Source: Takakia lepidozioides (taxonomy: Eukaryota > Plantae > Bryophyta). Taken from it: a DNA stretch of 64,000 nucleotides. Numbering within the stretch: position 1 is the first letter of the stretch; each line of letters begins with the position of its first letter. The notes beneath the pieces are model-generated. The model ran no database searches and was not told the origin of the DNA. It saw only the letters and a program-made list of their open reading frames with translations. The stretch is taken from positions 43,400,001-43,464,000 of the forward strand of contig CM060731.1 of the NCBI GenBank assembly GCA_030704615.1. Direction: 5' to 3'. This document shows, piece after piece, positions 53,040 to 64,000 of this stretch. A program made the translations under genes and the position numbers.

Positions 53040-54015
53040 TGTTAGAGGACTGTTTGGGACTAAGACACTTATACGGGATCTATAGGGTACCCTTAATTTT
53101 TGCACAGACTGAGACCAATAGGAGCCTTAGGGGTGACAGCAGTGCACTGTAGAGGGGGGTTACACAGCCCGTCACAGCCGACACAGCCCGTCACAGTCGT
53201 CGCAGTCGACACAGCAGTCACAGCCGACACAGCCAACACAGCCCGTCACAGTCGTCACAGTAGACACAGCCACACAGCCAGTCACAGCCCGACACAGCCA
53301 AACACAGCCGCACAGCCAGTCACAGTTTCACACAGCCAGTCACAGCTTGACACAACTGTCACGACCATAGGGAATAGAGAGTAGGACAGGGAACGACTGT
53401 GGGGAACAACACCTGCAAATGGAACATGTTAGTTCACGGACGACGGTTAGTGAGGGAAACGGTTAGAGCCACGTGTAGGAAGATAAAGCGAGAAGCAAGG
53501 ACTGAGAAGGGGCTTTTTGGGGGGATGATTTTTGGGAAGCACTTCATGGGAGAGGACTTCTTGGTCATGCAGGAGAGGGGATCGGGCAGAGATGAAGAAC
53601 GGAAGCGAAGATGGAGAGATGAGGAGTAGATACTTGTTATATGCAAAGCTGTAGTGATATTGTAGAGCAGATTAGAGACACAATGGCTTCGGCCTGATAC
53701 CTGATAAATCATAATCGGATACTTATACGATACAATCACACTGTGTAGAGAGATCTGAGTGAAGCTGTGGAATGAATGGATGAGTTGATGGAATCCAATA
53801 GATTGATAAAGCAAACTGATACTTAACTATCAATGGTAAGGTAGCTAACATGAATGCCAAAAAGGAAACAAATAGGAAACACCCCCATGATACACTAGCT
53901 GTAGGTCATGACTGATTGTTCTGCGCGGGCTGAGTACTTAGAGATTTCCAACTCTTCTATCTTGGAGTTTCCGCCTCGGATAGCGAAGGGATGGGTGAGT
54001 AAAAGCCGCGCGACA
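53040..54015 (+). repeat. R1 3' LTR (976 bp)
   Basis: Direct repeat of 6613-7636, followed by TSD GTTTA. Confidence 0.96.
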
Positions 54016-55139
54016 GTTTAGCACTTGTGTGTTGAAGAGCTTGGGAAGATAGGTCTTGTGTTGCAAGGTGTTGCATATATTGCAAAGGAAAATCTTTGTG
54101 GTGTTAGGGCTTTGAGAGATATTGCTTTGCCCTAAGGAGGTGTTGGAGAGCTCAAGAAGGAGCTTGTTGCCACAAGATTTGCAAGGATTGCAAGAGGGAA
54201 GTCTTGTGTGTGTGGAAGCATGGATTATAGGGTTTGAGAATCATTTCTATGCATTATGGAGTCAATGGTATGTGCCATGGCTTGTGGAAAGCAACTAAAT
54301 GATTGTTAGTACTCATGTCACTATCAATCTAGGGTTAAACAAGCTCAAGTGTGGATGTTGTGGAAGAGAAGCCAAGGAGCTACATAGGTTTGGGCTTGAA
54401 GACAACAAGGGCAAGCACTTGGAGAGCATTAGGAAGCTCAAGAGGTTTGAAGGGAAGCATATGGGTGAGAATTTTATCCATGATGATGTGAAACCAAGCC
54501 TAGAGCATTGAAGAGCTTGGAGCACATGTAGGAGATCATTGGAGGTGGTCTTCATGAAGAAAAGAGATTGTGGCTCAAGGCATGCATAGCAACTTCAACC
54601 ATAGACTAGCATGTGACAAGACAAGGAAGGGGAAGGTGAAGCTCATGTATTCATTCCCTTTTGGCTTAAGTTTTGTGGTGGATGGTTGATCAAGCAAGTG
54701 ATGCTTATGTGGAGCATGCTTCCTAAGTGTGGCTTCCAATTTCAAGCTTGAGGAGAGCTAGAAGGTAAAGGGAGCAAGTTGATTCCCTTGTGGATGAAAT
54801 GATGCATGTGTGGAGCATGCTTTGGGCTTGAGTAAGCTTGAGAGGAGTGGCTCTTGAGCTAGCAAGTGAAGGGAGCTTGAATGACCAAGGCTTGAGAGGA
54901 GACAAGGCTTGGTGGCTTGCCAAAGGAGGTACAAGCTTGATTTGGAGTTCCAATGAGAAATTGAGCTTGTTGTGTGGCCAATGCATTGCTAGTTGAGTTG
55001 GAGGCAAACTTGAGTAGCTTAAGGTGAAGAAGATCAAGGGAATTTGCCTTGGTACCCCATAGAATTCATGGATGCTTGAGGGGATTAAGCATAGAGCCCC
55101 AAGGAGCACAAGCTTGGTAAGGCTAAACCTCAAGGAAAT

Positions 55140-55545
55140 AGAGGGGGAAGTGGCTAAAGCCTAGGGGGAAATGGCTAAACCCTGGGGGGAAATGAACTAC
55201 TCTATGAGGGGGAAATGGCTATTCCTAAGGTGAATACAAGGGGAATACGTATAGGCCCAGGGGAATACTGGGGGAATACTATGGCATATTATTGGGAATA
55301 TTCCTAGGGAACTTTGGGAACTCATTGGGAACCCATTGGGAATGCATTGGGAACATGGTGATATAGGAAGAGTCCTTGGAAGACTGTTGGGGGTCCTTAG
55401 AGGACCATTTGGAGGACCATAGGGAGTCCTTGGAGGACTGATTGGAGGACCTTTGGGAGTCCTTGGAGGACTGTTGGGGGTCCTTAGAGGACCATTTGGA
55501 GTTCTTTGGAGGACTATTTGGGGTCCTTGGAGGCCAATATTTGGC
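55140..55545. repeat. Short degenerate tandem repeats in the R2 non-coding region
   Basis: GGGGAAATGGCTAAA, CATTGGGAA and GAGTCCTTGGAGGACTG / GGGGTCCTTAGAGGACCATTTGG blocks repeated. Confidence 0.7.
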
Positions 55546-56509
55546 GAGCTTGAGGAGTCTTTGGCGACTTGTGTGAGGGACTATTGGGGTCCTCGAGAGC
55601 TAAGTTTTGGCAAGCTTGGGGCCTTGGTGTACTGTTTTGGAGTCCCATTGTGCAAGGATTGGGAGCCATAGTGAGATTGTTTGAGAGACATATTCTTGAG
55701 GGCTCCTGGAGAGTTATTTGAGAGACCCTTGAAAGATAGTCTTGTCTATTGTTCAAGCAAGAGAGTGTGGAGATAGGGTAGTGGGATGAGAGCATGCTGT
55801 GATAGGAATTGCTTTAGTCTCTCTTTCTTGTAGTCTTCCACCCTCTCTGTAGGCCAAAACCTTTCCGTAGGTGGAGGCAAGAGTCAGTCCGGGTTTGGGC
55901 TGGGGTGTCATTGCAGGAGCGACACTGTGGAGTGTTTTTGGTGTGGGGGAGTTGCGGTATTCATTTTCTTGTGTTTGGATCCCCTCCACACCTGCATGCT
56001 TGACTGTGCGCCATGTTAGCTTTGTGTGGGCGCTTGTTTCAATAGGAGGTTGATCCGGATTTGATCACCGGCCAATCCTAGAGTGTGCTGTCGGTGGTGA
56101 GGCTGGGGTGATGACCAGTCACACCATCATTGTTTCTCTTATGGTGAGGCTAGGTTGATGACCAGCAGACCATAGGAGTGCTTGCGGTGGATGCAGGTGC
56201 AGGTTTATGTTACGAACCTAGTAGTCTAAGCCATAAGCTGCAACAGGTTCTCTACCTGGTTACCTTGTGGAAAAGGGGATTAGAGATAGGTTTACAACAG
56301 GTGTGGTTGTGAGTTTTTATCACGGAGGTGCCACCAGTTGCTGAGGAGAGTGCCGGTACGAGCACCAGCGATACTAGTGGGTATAAAGACGAGGTGTGCG
56401 GTTTAGGCCACCTTCATCTTCAGTGTCTTTTGAGGAAGGTTCAGACTCAGAGTTAGGAGGATTCTCGCTGAGGGTGCAAGCCATTTCCGTACCATTGTTG
56501 TGGGACACG

Positions 56510-57451
56510 ATGGAGGAGATGTATGGAGCTACCAAGGGGCCACGTAGGTACTCTGGAGCTGTGGGCACCATCGAGCTTAATGAGTTCATACAAGAGTTTG
56601 ATAGTTGGTGTGATTTGCAGCAGATGCGCAATCCACAACTGTTTACGCTTTTTATGGCATGGAAGGGGCTGTTTCAGCACCTTGAGGGGCCGCCCATGGA
56701 TGACTTCCATGAGTTTAGGCGGGGACATGAGGTGGAGATTGAGGAATGGCGGGTGTATTGGTCACCTGACTATGTCTCCATCACTAGAGGCACAAGGGCA
56801 GTGGTGACACCGGCAGCTACACCGGCAGCTTCTGCAAGCAGCAGTGGGACGTCAAGTGGAACAGAAGCTGGGAAGTCCACCCAAGCTCTTGCTGCAGCAC
56901 CAACACTCGTGCCTGCCTTTAACCCAGTTGTGGAGTTCTTTGAGGAGTTAAGGAGAAACTACCAAGGGATAAGGACAAAGAAGTTGCGGAGCTTGCAAGA
57001 GTTCCAACGAAGGTCTACTGAGAGTTTGAGGGAGGCTTACACTCGCACGAGGCGCTTGATAAATGTAACCCAAGGGGTTACGGAAGCTCAAGCAGTCCAA
57101 TTCTGGTATGGAATATTGGACAAGGAGCTGAGGAGAAGGGTGCGGGATGCAACTCTCCTACAAGTGGCCCAACCCACCTTAGCAAACGTGTTTTTGCTGG
57201 CAGAGCGGATAAAGCTCAATATGGTGGAGGAGCGAGTGGTCATGGTGGGGTTTGGTAAGGAGACACAATGAAGTGGGGCTCCTAGCCAACAACAACCACT
57301 ACCCCAACGTGCTCAAGACAACAAGGGGACTCAGGCGAAGCCCAGGGAAGGACAGAGAGGATCTCAATTGCAGAGGTCACTTCCTTCATTCTCAGGCCAA
57401 CAACAGTCGGGAGTGACATGTTGGGATTGTGGAGGACCCCATGTTAAGAGA
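56510..57451 (+). pseudogene. gag: Gag of R2, premature stop at 57271, zinc knuckle CWDCGGPH interrupted by M3
   Basis: YSG...LNEFI.EF..W, F.Q...ESL.EAY.R gag-core motifs. Knuckle truncated at the M3 terminus. Confidence 0.8.
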
Positions 57452-58305
57452 GGGGGCTGCTATTTCATGAGCGGCATGAGCATGAGCGGGAAAAAAAAAA
57501 ACATGAGTAGACCATTGTGAGTCCACGGAAATAGGGTTAGGAGGCACGGAAATAGGGTCATGTGAAGTTGGAATGTGGCACCAGTGGACTTGAAATGCAA
57601 CATTTTATTGCAAATTTTGTGGCAAGCCACGTCTATACAAGTGTGTTCTAACTGTCATAGCCGGAATGGGCACTACTCTCCTACACCCTCCGAGGAACTT
57701 GCCCCACCTTCTTCCTCATCCCCCCCATCCCCCTCATCCTCCGAGCTCTGTGATGCATCAGTTCCACTGTGCCTCTCAAAAATCCTGTCCTCTCCTTGGG
57801 GGACTGTCCACCTCACCTCCTGGGAATCTTCTGCATCTTCTCCCCCACTTTCCTCAGCAGAATCCAAGACAAATCTACGAGCCCGACGGGCTCTAATAGC
57901 TGCTGCCTCCTCCCTCATCTTCATTTTTTTGAGGCTTGCCTCGTCTAAAATCTGCTGTACACGACTAGGTTCGGAACACCTCCTAATGGACACCGAAGCA
58001 AGCCGGGCAGCATAAGTAGGAAGGATGTACTCCCTTTCTGGACTAGGCATGAAAATCCCCCTGGCAAAAAAATGCACGTTCCTCCTACCCATGAACTCCG
58101 GTGTAGACGTCCCTCCGGCAGTACTTGGCATCCTACAGTAAGATCAAATCCACTTCAAGAATGTCAATACCAGCACAACCAGAAAGGGTTTTCAATGAAA
58201 TAAGAGAGCGGAGGGAGGTGCCTCACAAAATCTGGAGGCAACTTACAATGCCACCACTCACTCGTAAACCGGGGGCTCCTCGGCCTCAATCCCAACTTCC
58301 TCCCC

Positions 58306-61300
58306 CTACTCCTTCTCGGATTTTTCCTCATCCTCCGAGGATGCGTCTTCCTCTTTCGGCAGACGTTCAGCCGCTGCAAGTTCCGAGTTGTGGAGGGCAG
58401 TATCTGGCTCGAAGGCGAACACATGCCTGTCGGACAACGTCCCTGCCCACATTGAAGCACCTAAGGAACAAAGCGGGCGGTTAATAGCTTGCGGCATGCA
58501 ATTGCAATCGGGCCAGGGGACAAACTGATCACGTGAAGGCTTACCCGTGCCGCATGTGAGGTCCAGAATCCGCCCTTGGACATCCGAGCACGTCTCCATG
58601 AGGGTTTGGATGAAAGCAGGGCTCCGGGTCCGGCTGTACCGCCACGGTTTGCCTGTCTTTGTGTCCTTTGGCATACTGGAGTGGGGCACATAGTTGTAGA
58701 GGACATCGTAGGTTACAGGGTCCACAACGGCATCAACAAGACGACCGTTGTTGCGGAATTTGAACATAGACCCTCTCTTCACAAAGCAATATGCCTCAAA
58801 CACCAATGTCTGCACATCCAACAAAGAAGGGATCAACTCCAGGGTCTACTTAACATACATCACAATATGAAGTGAATGCAATAGATTGATAACTTACACT
58901 TTGGCCCTCTGTTCGCAACCCCTGTGTACTGATGCAGAACCATTTTCTGAGGAGGACCGGGGTGACACTTTTGGGTGTCCACCTTGCCACCGCATTCTCT
59001 GTGGTCTTCCCTCTCGTGGCAAGGACAACCACACATCCACCGTCATCCAGAAGCATCCCCGCCAGCCCAAACCCGGCTTTCTAGTAGTCCTCAGTAAACC
59101 TGTTCCAGGTGGGCACACCATCCAGACCCTCCAGCAGCTCCCCATCTGGAATGTCGAGGAGAATCATGTCGCAAGCTCTCTCCACCTCAACCCCCCCCCC
59201 GAGTGCTCTTGCAATTTGTGCTCACAGCCGTGAAGAATTCCATCATGGCTTCAAAACCAGGGGTGTCTTTAGGCTCTGTACCGCCAGCCCTCTTCTTGGC
59301 TTTCCCCTTCTGCTCCGCCAGAGACTTGCTGTGTGCCACCTTCTTCGCCCTGGCAGCGAGAGCGTCAAGGAAGCTCTCATTGACGCATTGGATGATGGTT
59401 GGAGGTTCTAGCTTTGGCCTGTGCGTAAACGTCACCGCCGAATACCGCCGTGTAGGCTCGCCCTCAAATGCCAACTTCTTGGCAGAGCCAGTCCCACTCC
59501 GAACTGACTTGGGAACCCGGACGACCGGTGACTGGGTAGGAGCAATAGCAGTTGCAGGACCTTGAACAAAGTCGTCGTCCGAGTCACTCTCTTGGGTCCC
59601 CTCCTGCGCCTCCTCCGATGCCCCGATGGTTTTCTTCTTTTTGGGTGTTACTGCACTCACCTGTTTCCTTGTCCTTTTCCTTTGGCCTTTACTCTTCTCA
59701 TGCAATTTCTCCTGAATTCTTGCCTGAGCAAGCTCTGCCGCTTTCCTGGAGTTCGCAAGCGCTTTTGCCTCTTTTGCACCCAACGGAGGCAGCGGAGCCC
59801 GGTTTCGTCGGAATTCAACATCCAGCTTCAATTGAAACTTGGATGGGTCGAGCGAGCCGGGCGGAAGGTCCACATACCAAGGGCAATCACGCAAATGTTC
59901 CAGATGCCACTCCTTCACAATATCGTCAGTGTACATGGAGTCAGCCCCAGGGTTCCTCCATGCCAGGAAGAACGGTGGCTCGAAAGACAGATGACCTTTC
60001 TCCAAAAGGGAGAACTTGCAGTACCTGCATTCATGAAAAACACAATGAGGTCCCTGAAATGCATATTCGGCACCATTTTCCCAGGTTGGGGCGGATGTGA
60101 GTGGGCCTAGAAATGGAAAAATGGCGCCGAATTTTGGTTTTCGGTGACTGCCACCCTAGGGACTTAGCCATCTTGGGAGCCCTGAACTGGAAATTCGGCG
60201 CCATTTTTCCCGGTTTGGCCCGAAGATGGCTGAGTCCCAGAACCGCAATAGGGCCTAGAACTGGAAAAATGGCACCGAATTTCCAGTTCAGGGCCAGCCA
60301 CCCTAGGGACTTAGCCCGAAAATGGCTAAATCCCTGAACGGCAATAGGGCCTGGAACTGGAAAATGGCGCCGAATTTCCAGTTCGGGGCCAGCCAGTCTA
60401 GGGACTTAGCCCGAAAATGGCTAAGTCCCTGAACGGCAATAGGGCCTAGAACTGGAAAATGGCGCCGAATTTCCACTTCGGGGCCACCCTAGGGACTTCG
60501 CCCGAAAATGGCTAAGTCCCTGAACGGCAATAGGGCCTGGAAGAGGAAAATGGCGCCGAATTTCCAGTTCCGGGCCAGCCAGTCTAGGGACTTAGCCCGA
60601 AAATGGCCAAGTCCCTGAACGGCAATAGGGCCTAGAACAGGAAAATGGCGCCGAATTTCCAGTTCCGGGCCAGCCAGTCTAGGGACTTAGCCCGAAAATG
60701 GCCAAGTCCCTGAACGGCAATAGGGCCTAGAACTGGAATATGGCGCCGAATTTCCAGTTCAGGGCCAGGCAGTCTAGGGACTTAGCCATTTTCGGAGCCC
60801 TGACTGGAAATTCGGCGCCATTTTCCCTAATACCACATGAGGCCTCTAACATCCTGAAATGCAAGGACTTGAAAGAAAGGCAGCGCGTATGTACCTGTAC
60901 AGAAGGCGCATTGCTGCTTTGTCCGCGTTCGGCTGGTCGGTGAACTCGTGGCTCCGGCGAGCATCTGCTATCTCCCGAAAGAATAGGTTGGTTTTGTAGA
61001 GCAGAAAGTACCTCGTCACATAGTCACGTAGGCTCTCTGCTGCAGGAGATATCTCCATCTTGAACTGATGTGCTTGTGTGTCCAGCTGCTCTTGCGCATT
61101 CATCGTCACCTGTGGAGATTCTCCATCAGATCGCTTTCCTGAAAAAATACAATGAATCCACCCCCTACTAGAGTAGAAGCCCCAAACGAAGCGTGGGGAA
61201 GTACCTGAAACCACCATGTCATGCGGTTCATCCACATGTCGAATGTGGGGTCAGAGAGTTTGTCCGGTTTGGGGAAGCTCCACATGTCCCTGGTACTTTG

Positions 61301-63270
61301 GGAACCATTCCAGATTTGGAGCCACCGGGTCTGTCCAACCACCCAGCATATTCGTAAGCGCCAAACACCACAAAAAGGAGTTGTTGCCACCACAATTTGG
61401 TTAAGAATGTATCACCTTTTCTGTTGCATCCACACAGGATGTGGCTAGACAATGGAGCTTCTCCAATGTCATCGTGGGCTTCAGAGCGCGAGAGTAGTGC
61501 TTCCCCACCTCCACCAGAAAGTCGGCACCAAGGGCGGGATCAGCTATGGCCACGTACTTTACCATCCGCGACTTGTACTTAATGCGGGCCCTCACCTCCG
61601 TAGCTTTGACATACGATTCGAGTGTCGGGAGGGTTGGATTCTTCTCCTCTGACTCCATGTAGAACCTCCGCGCATGTGCCAAATCCTGCTGTATTTTCGT
61701 CTGTCAAGAATGCGCACATAAGATTAGAGATCTTGCTCAACACAATTTCTTCTATTGGGGGAGGAGATTAGAAATCACGGTGAAGACCTTTTCTTCTATT
61801 GGGGGAGGAGAGACAGATTAGCTCAACAAAACTGTCAGGAGCTTTACCCGAAATATGTAGTCCACCATGGCGTCGACGCTCAGCCTATACCAGGTTCTGT
61901 CTGCCTTTGCCTCCGTCTTGCGCAGGAGGTCGGCACTGAGGGAATTGGCAAACTCTTGCACCCCCTGCTTCCCGACATCCTTCACTCGGAAGAGCATATG
62001 GGACAAGTTGGTGGCAATGAAGGCATTCTCAGTCACCCTGCAGTGCCACATTTCCATCAAACAATACTGAAATGGGAATTTTCATCATATATGAGGATTC
62101 GCAATGAAATGACTTCCAAATTCAAAGTCCAAAAGCGAGAGGCGTTGTAACTTACGAGTTGATGTCCGCCATTGCAGCTTTGAGAAGACTGCGATCTTTG
62201 GGCCCCGCAACCTTCAGCACAACACAATCCACGGCGAAATGCCAATCGAGGTCGTTGGGGTGGGCTTGGGCAATGTGCTCCATCCATGCCAGGAGGCGAT
62301 GATTGCCGTCCCACACGTAGAACATCTTACCGGACAAGTGCTGGAAAAGAGGATCACTAGCAATCGATCTCTCGAACTCCTCATTTCGCGTTTGCCAATG
62401 GGGACCCCATTTGTCCACCTCATCGAAAGTGTGGGCACGGGAAGCTCCGTGGTCGTTCTCAATGGAAACGTAAAATGCGGCAGACCCCATTCGATATCCA
62501 TCCCGGAAAGAGAATTTCAGCTTGTCGATATCGCCTGGGAGGGCAGGTCTCACCACCTGCAATGACACCAAGCGGCAAAGGGGAATTCGAAGCTTGGCCG
62601 GGTACACCATGCCCCCCAGCACCCTGCCAATGTTGCTGTGGGTTGCCTCCAACATCTTGGCAGCGGCCAACTTCATATCCGCCTCAGACATGACGTCTGC
62701 TGCAGAGGGGTTTTCCGGCAGCCCACCAGGACCGCCAAATCCAGCCTGTATGCTCCGGGTTTGGGGCCTGGGGATGTCCGGGAGGATGTCATCCTGGTCA
62801 GAAAGCTCCATGTCGTCCTCCTCAACAGGGTCAGCCACCTGCGAAACCACCTCTAGCACTCTCCCCGTCTCTACTGCCCTCTCCCTGGCTTCACCTCGAA
62901 CTTGCACAATCCGTGCTCTTTCTGATGTTCTTTCCTCTCCTCCACTCTCCACCGTATGGGTAATTGCAGGGGCTGCTCTTGCCCGCGATGGTCTAACCGG
63001 TGTGTTACTGCCTCTCTGTGGTGTCTTGGAGGGATCCACCGTCTCTGTGAGTCCCTCGCTTACATTGGCATCTGTCATTTGGGCACCCCTGGCCTCTTCA
63101 GTGGCCTTTTCTCTTTCCTCCTGGCTAGCATTCTGTCTCGTCTGTTCTTTTGCCCTCTCTTTTGCCCTCTCACAAGCTTTCTGTTTCTTACTAGGGCTAG
63201 CAGCAGGGGAGCCCTCCAGGACGACCACCTTTGATTGAGGCGAACTGACACCCTCGCGCGCACTGCTCAC
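58306..63270 (-). CDS. M3 ParB/Srx-like plus amino-methyltransferase fusion gene (multi-exon; 5' end uncertain; possible extra 3' exon 57673-58131)
   Basis: LRIPLCRLVS..VRP, KMFYVWDGNHRLLAWM, MILLDIPDG (~59142-59168), RTRSPAFIQTLMETC...ILDLTCGTG|ASMWAG..DRHVFAFE. Intron positions shared with M2. Confidence 0.82.
60100..60830. repeat. Tandem array of a ~95-bp unit (~6 copies) with palindrome AGGGACTTAGCC-CGAAAAT-GGCTAAGTCCCT, inside intron 60025-60894 of the M3 gene
   Basis: GGC(G/A)CC anchor at 60271, 60366, 60461, 60552, 60647, 60742. Inverted GGAAAATGGCGCCGAATTTCC segments at both array ends. Confidence 0.92.
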
Positions 63271-64000
63271 TCCCCCTCCGCAGCCCGTGACGGCTCTCTC
63301 GCCGGGGATTGCATGTGCTTAGCTTTCTTCTTTTTCTTTGCGTGGGCGGGCCCTACTGCATGTGCATCAACAACCTCCATTGCCGGATCTGCTGTCCTCA
63401 CGCCCTTCACCTGCCATGCCGCCTGCACCAACCTCCCCAATGCCTATTATGTCGTACTCTCGTTGCAAGTCCTCCCGTCCACCAACAAAAGGTTTAAGTT
63501 TGCCCTCTCGCCCCAAGTTGGGCGATTCAAACATGCGACGAGTTGGAGCTGTCGATGATACCACCAGCGTGCCGGGCTCGTCGTCACTCTGTCATTCCCA
63601 AAAATCGTGAGAACCAACATCGGTGCAAAAACCAGCATCGCAACGAGCAGCGCAACCACCATAGCAACAATCGTGTAACAAAAATGAAAACATAACAAGT
63701 TTAGGAAGTATGGAGAGCCATGCAACAACAATGAAAACAAATGCAACCATTGCCTGAGAATGACATGCACAAGCAGCCTTCTCCAGAGCTGCCGGATTTG
63801 CACACGCATTGCAAACAATCTAAGGTTCACTCAACTATCTAAGGTTCACTCATCCAGCGAAGCCAGGATGAAGATGCAAAAACAAAGCGAGGCAACAAAG
63901 CGAAAGCGAAAGCGAAAGCAAAAAAGAAATCGAACAAAGCGAAAGCAGAAGTGGCTTGCCTGAGAGTACTCGGCTTCAGTTGGCGCGGGTTGTGAGCAAG

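Larger units (their letters stand above)
6613..54015 (+). mobile_element. Full-length Ty3/gypsy LTR retrotransposon R1 (~13.3 kb without the MULE insertion), probably non-chromovirus lineage
   Basis: Two LTRs, 5-bp TSD GTTTA (6608-6612 and 54016-54020), PBS, PPT, domain order gag-PR-RT-RH-INT, extra 5' and 3' ORFs. Confidence 0.96.
5850..57451 (+). mobile_element. Older LTR retrotransposon R2 (long LTR/5' region at ~5850-6612 and 54021-~56380, gag from 56510); host of R1 and M3
   Basis: Both flanks of R1 share the TSD GTTTA and similar composition, and lead into a gag ORF. Left boundary not determined. Confidence 0.5.
57452..64000. mobile_element. Diverged second family of the same MULE type (M3), partial
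   Basis: Terminus GGGGGCTGCTATTTCATGAGC matches the M2 terminus GGGGGGTGCTATTCCGTGAGC at 18/21. Homologous ParB-MTase gene in the same orientation. Transposase and second TSD are not in the window. Confidence 0.8.

Noticed and set aside
56370-56395. Possible tRNA-Met PBS of R2 (AGTGGGTATAAAGAC)
   Set aside because: Too degenerate relative to TGGTATCAGAGC, and the R2 LTR end cannot be fixed without a second LTR.

Overview
Eukaryotic, entirely transposon-derived window. Ty3/gypsy RT/INT signatures and GT-AG introns suggest heterochromatin of a non-seed land plant (inference). It is a nested stack: an old gypsy element (R2) holds a full-length gypsy element R1 (6613-54015, ~1 kb LTRs, TSD GTTTA). 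The RT of R1 is split by a large Mutator-like DNA transposon M1 (12194-46281, 9-bp TSD GAGAGGTCT), which is itself interrupted by an inverted copy of the same family, M2 (29240-44575, 9-bp TSD GCATTTGAT). A diverged relative, M3, starts at ~57452 and runs off the window. The main novelty is the cargo of these MULEs, which lack long TIRs. Divergent from a GCM/DDE/SWIM transposase they carry a spliced ~1,075-aa gene fusing a ParB/Srx-like domain (VWDGNHR) to a bacterial-type beta-class amino (N6A/N4C) DNA methyltransferase domain with an atypical DIPD catalytic motif. An intron of that gene holds a tandem array of palindromes: a 116-bp unit with an 18-bp perfect stem in M1/M2, and an unrelated 95-bp unit with a 12-bp stem in a different intron of M3. 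This looks like a ParB/parS-like plus methyltransferase self-recognition or anti-silencing module on a eukaryotic transposon (hypothesis). Many 1-bp indels may be assembly errors; no copy is demonstrably intact.
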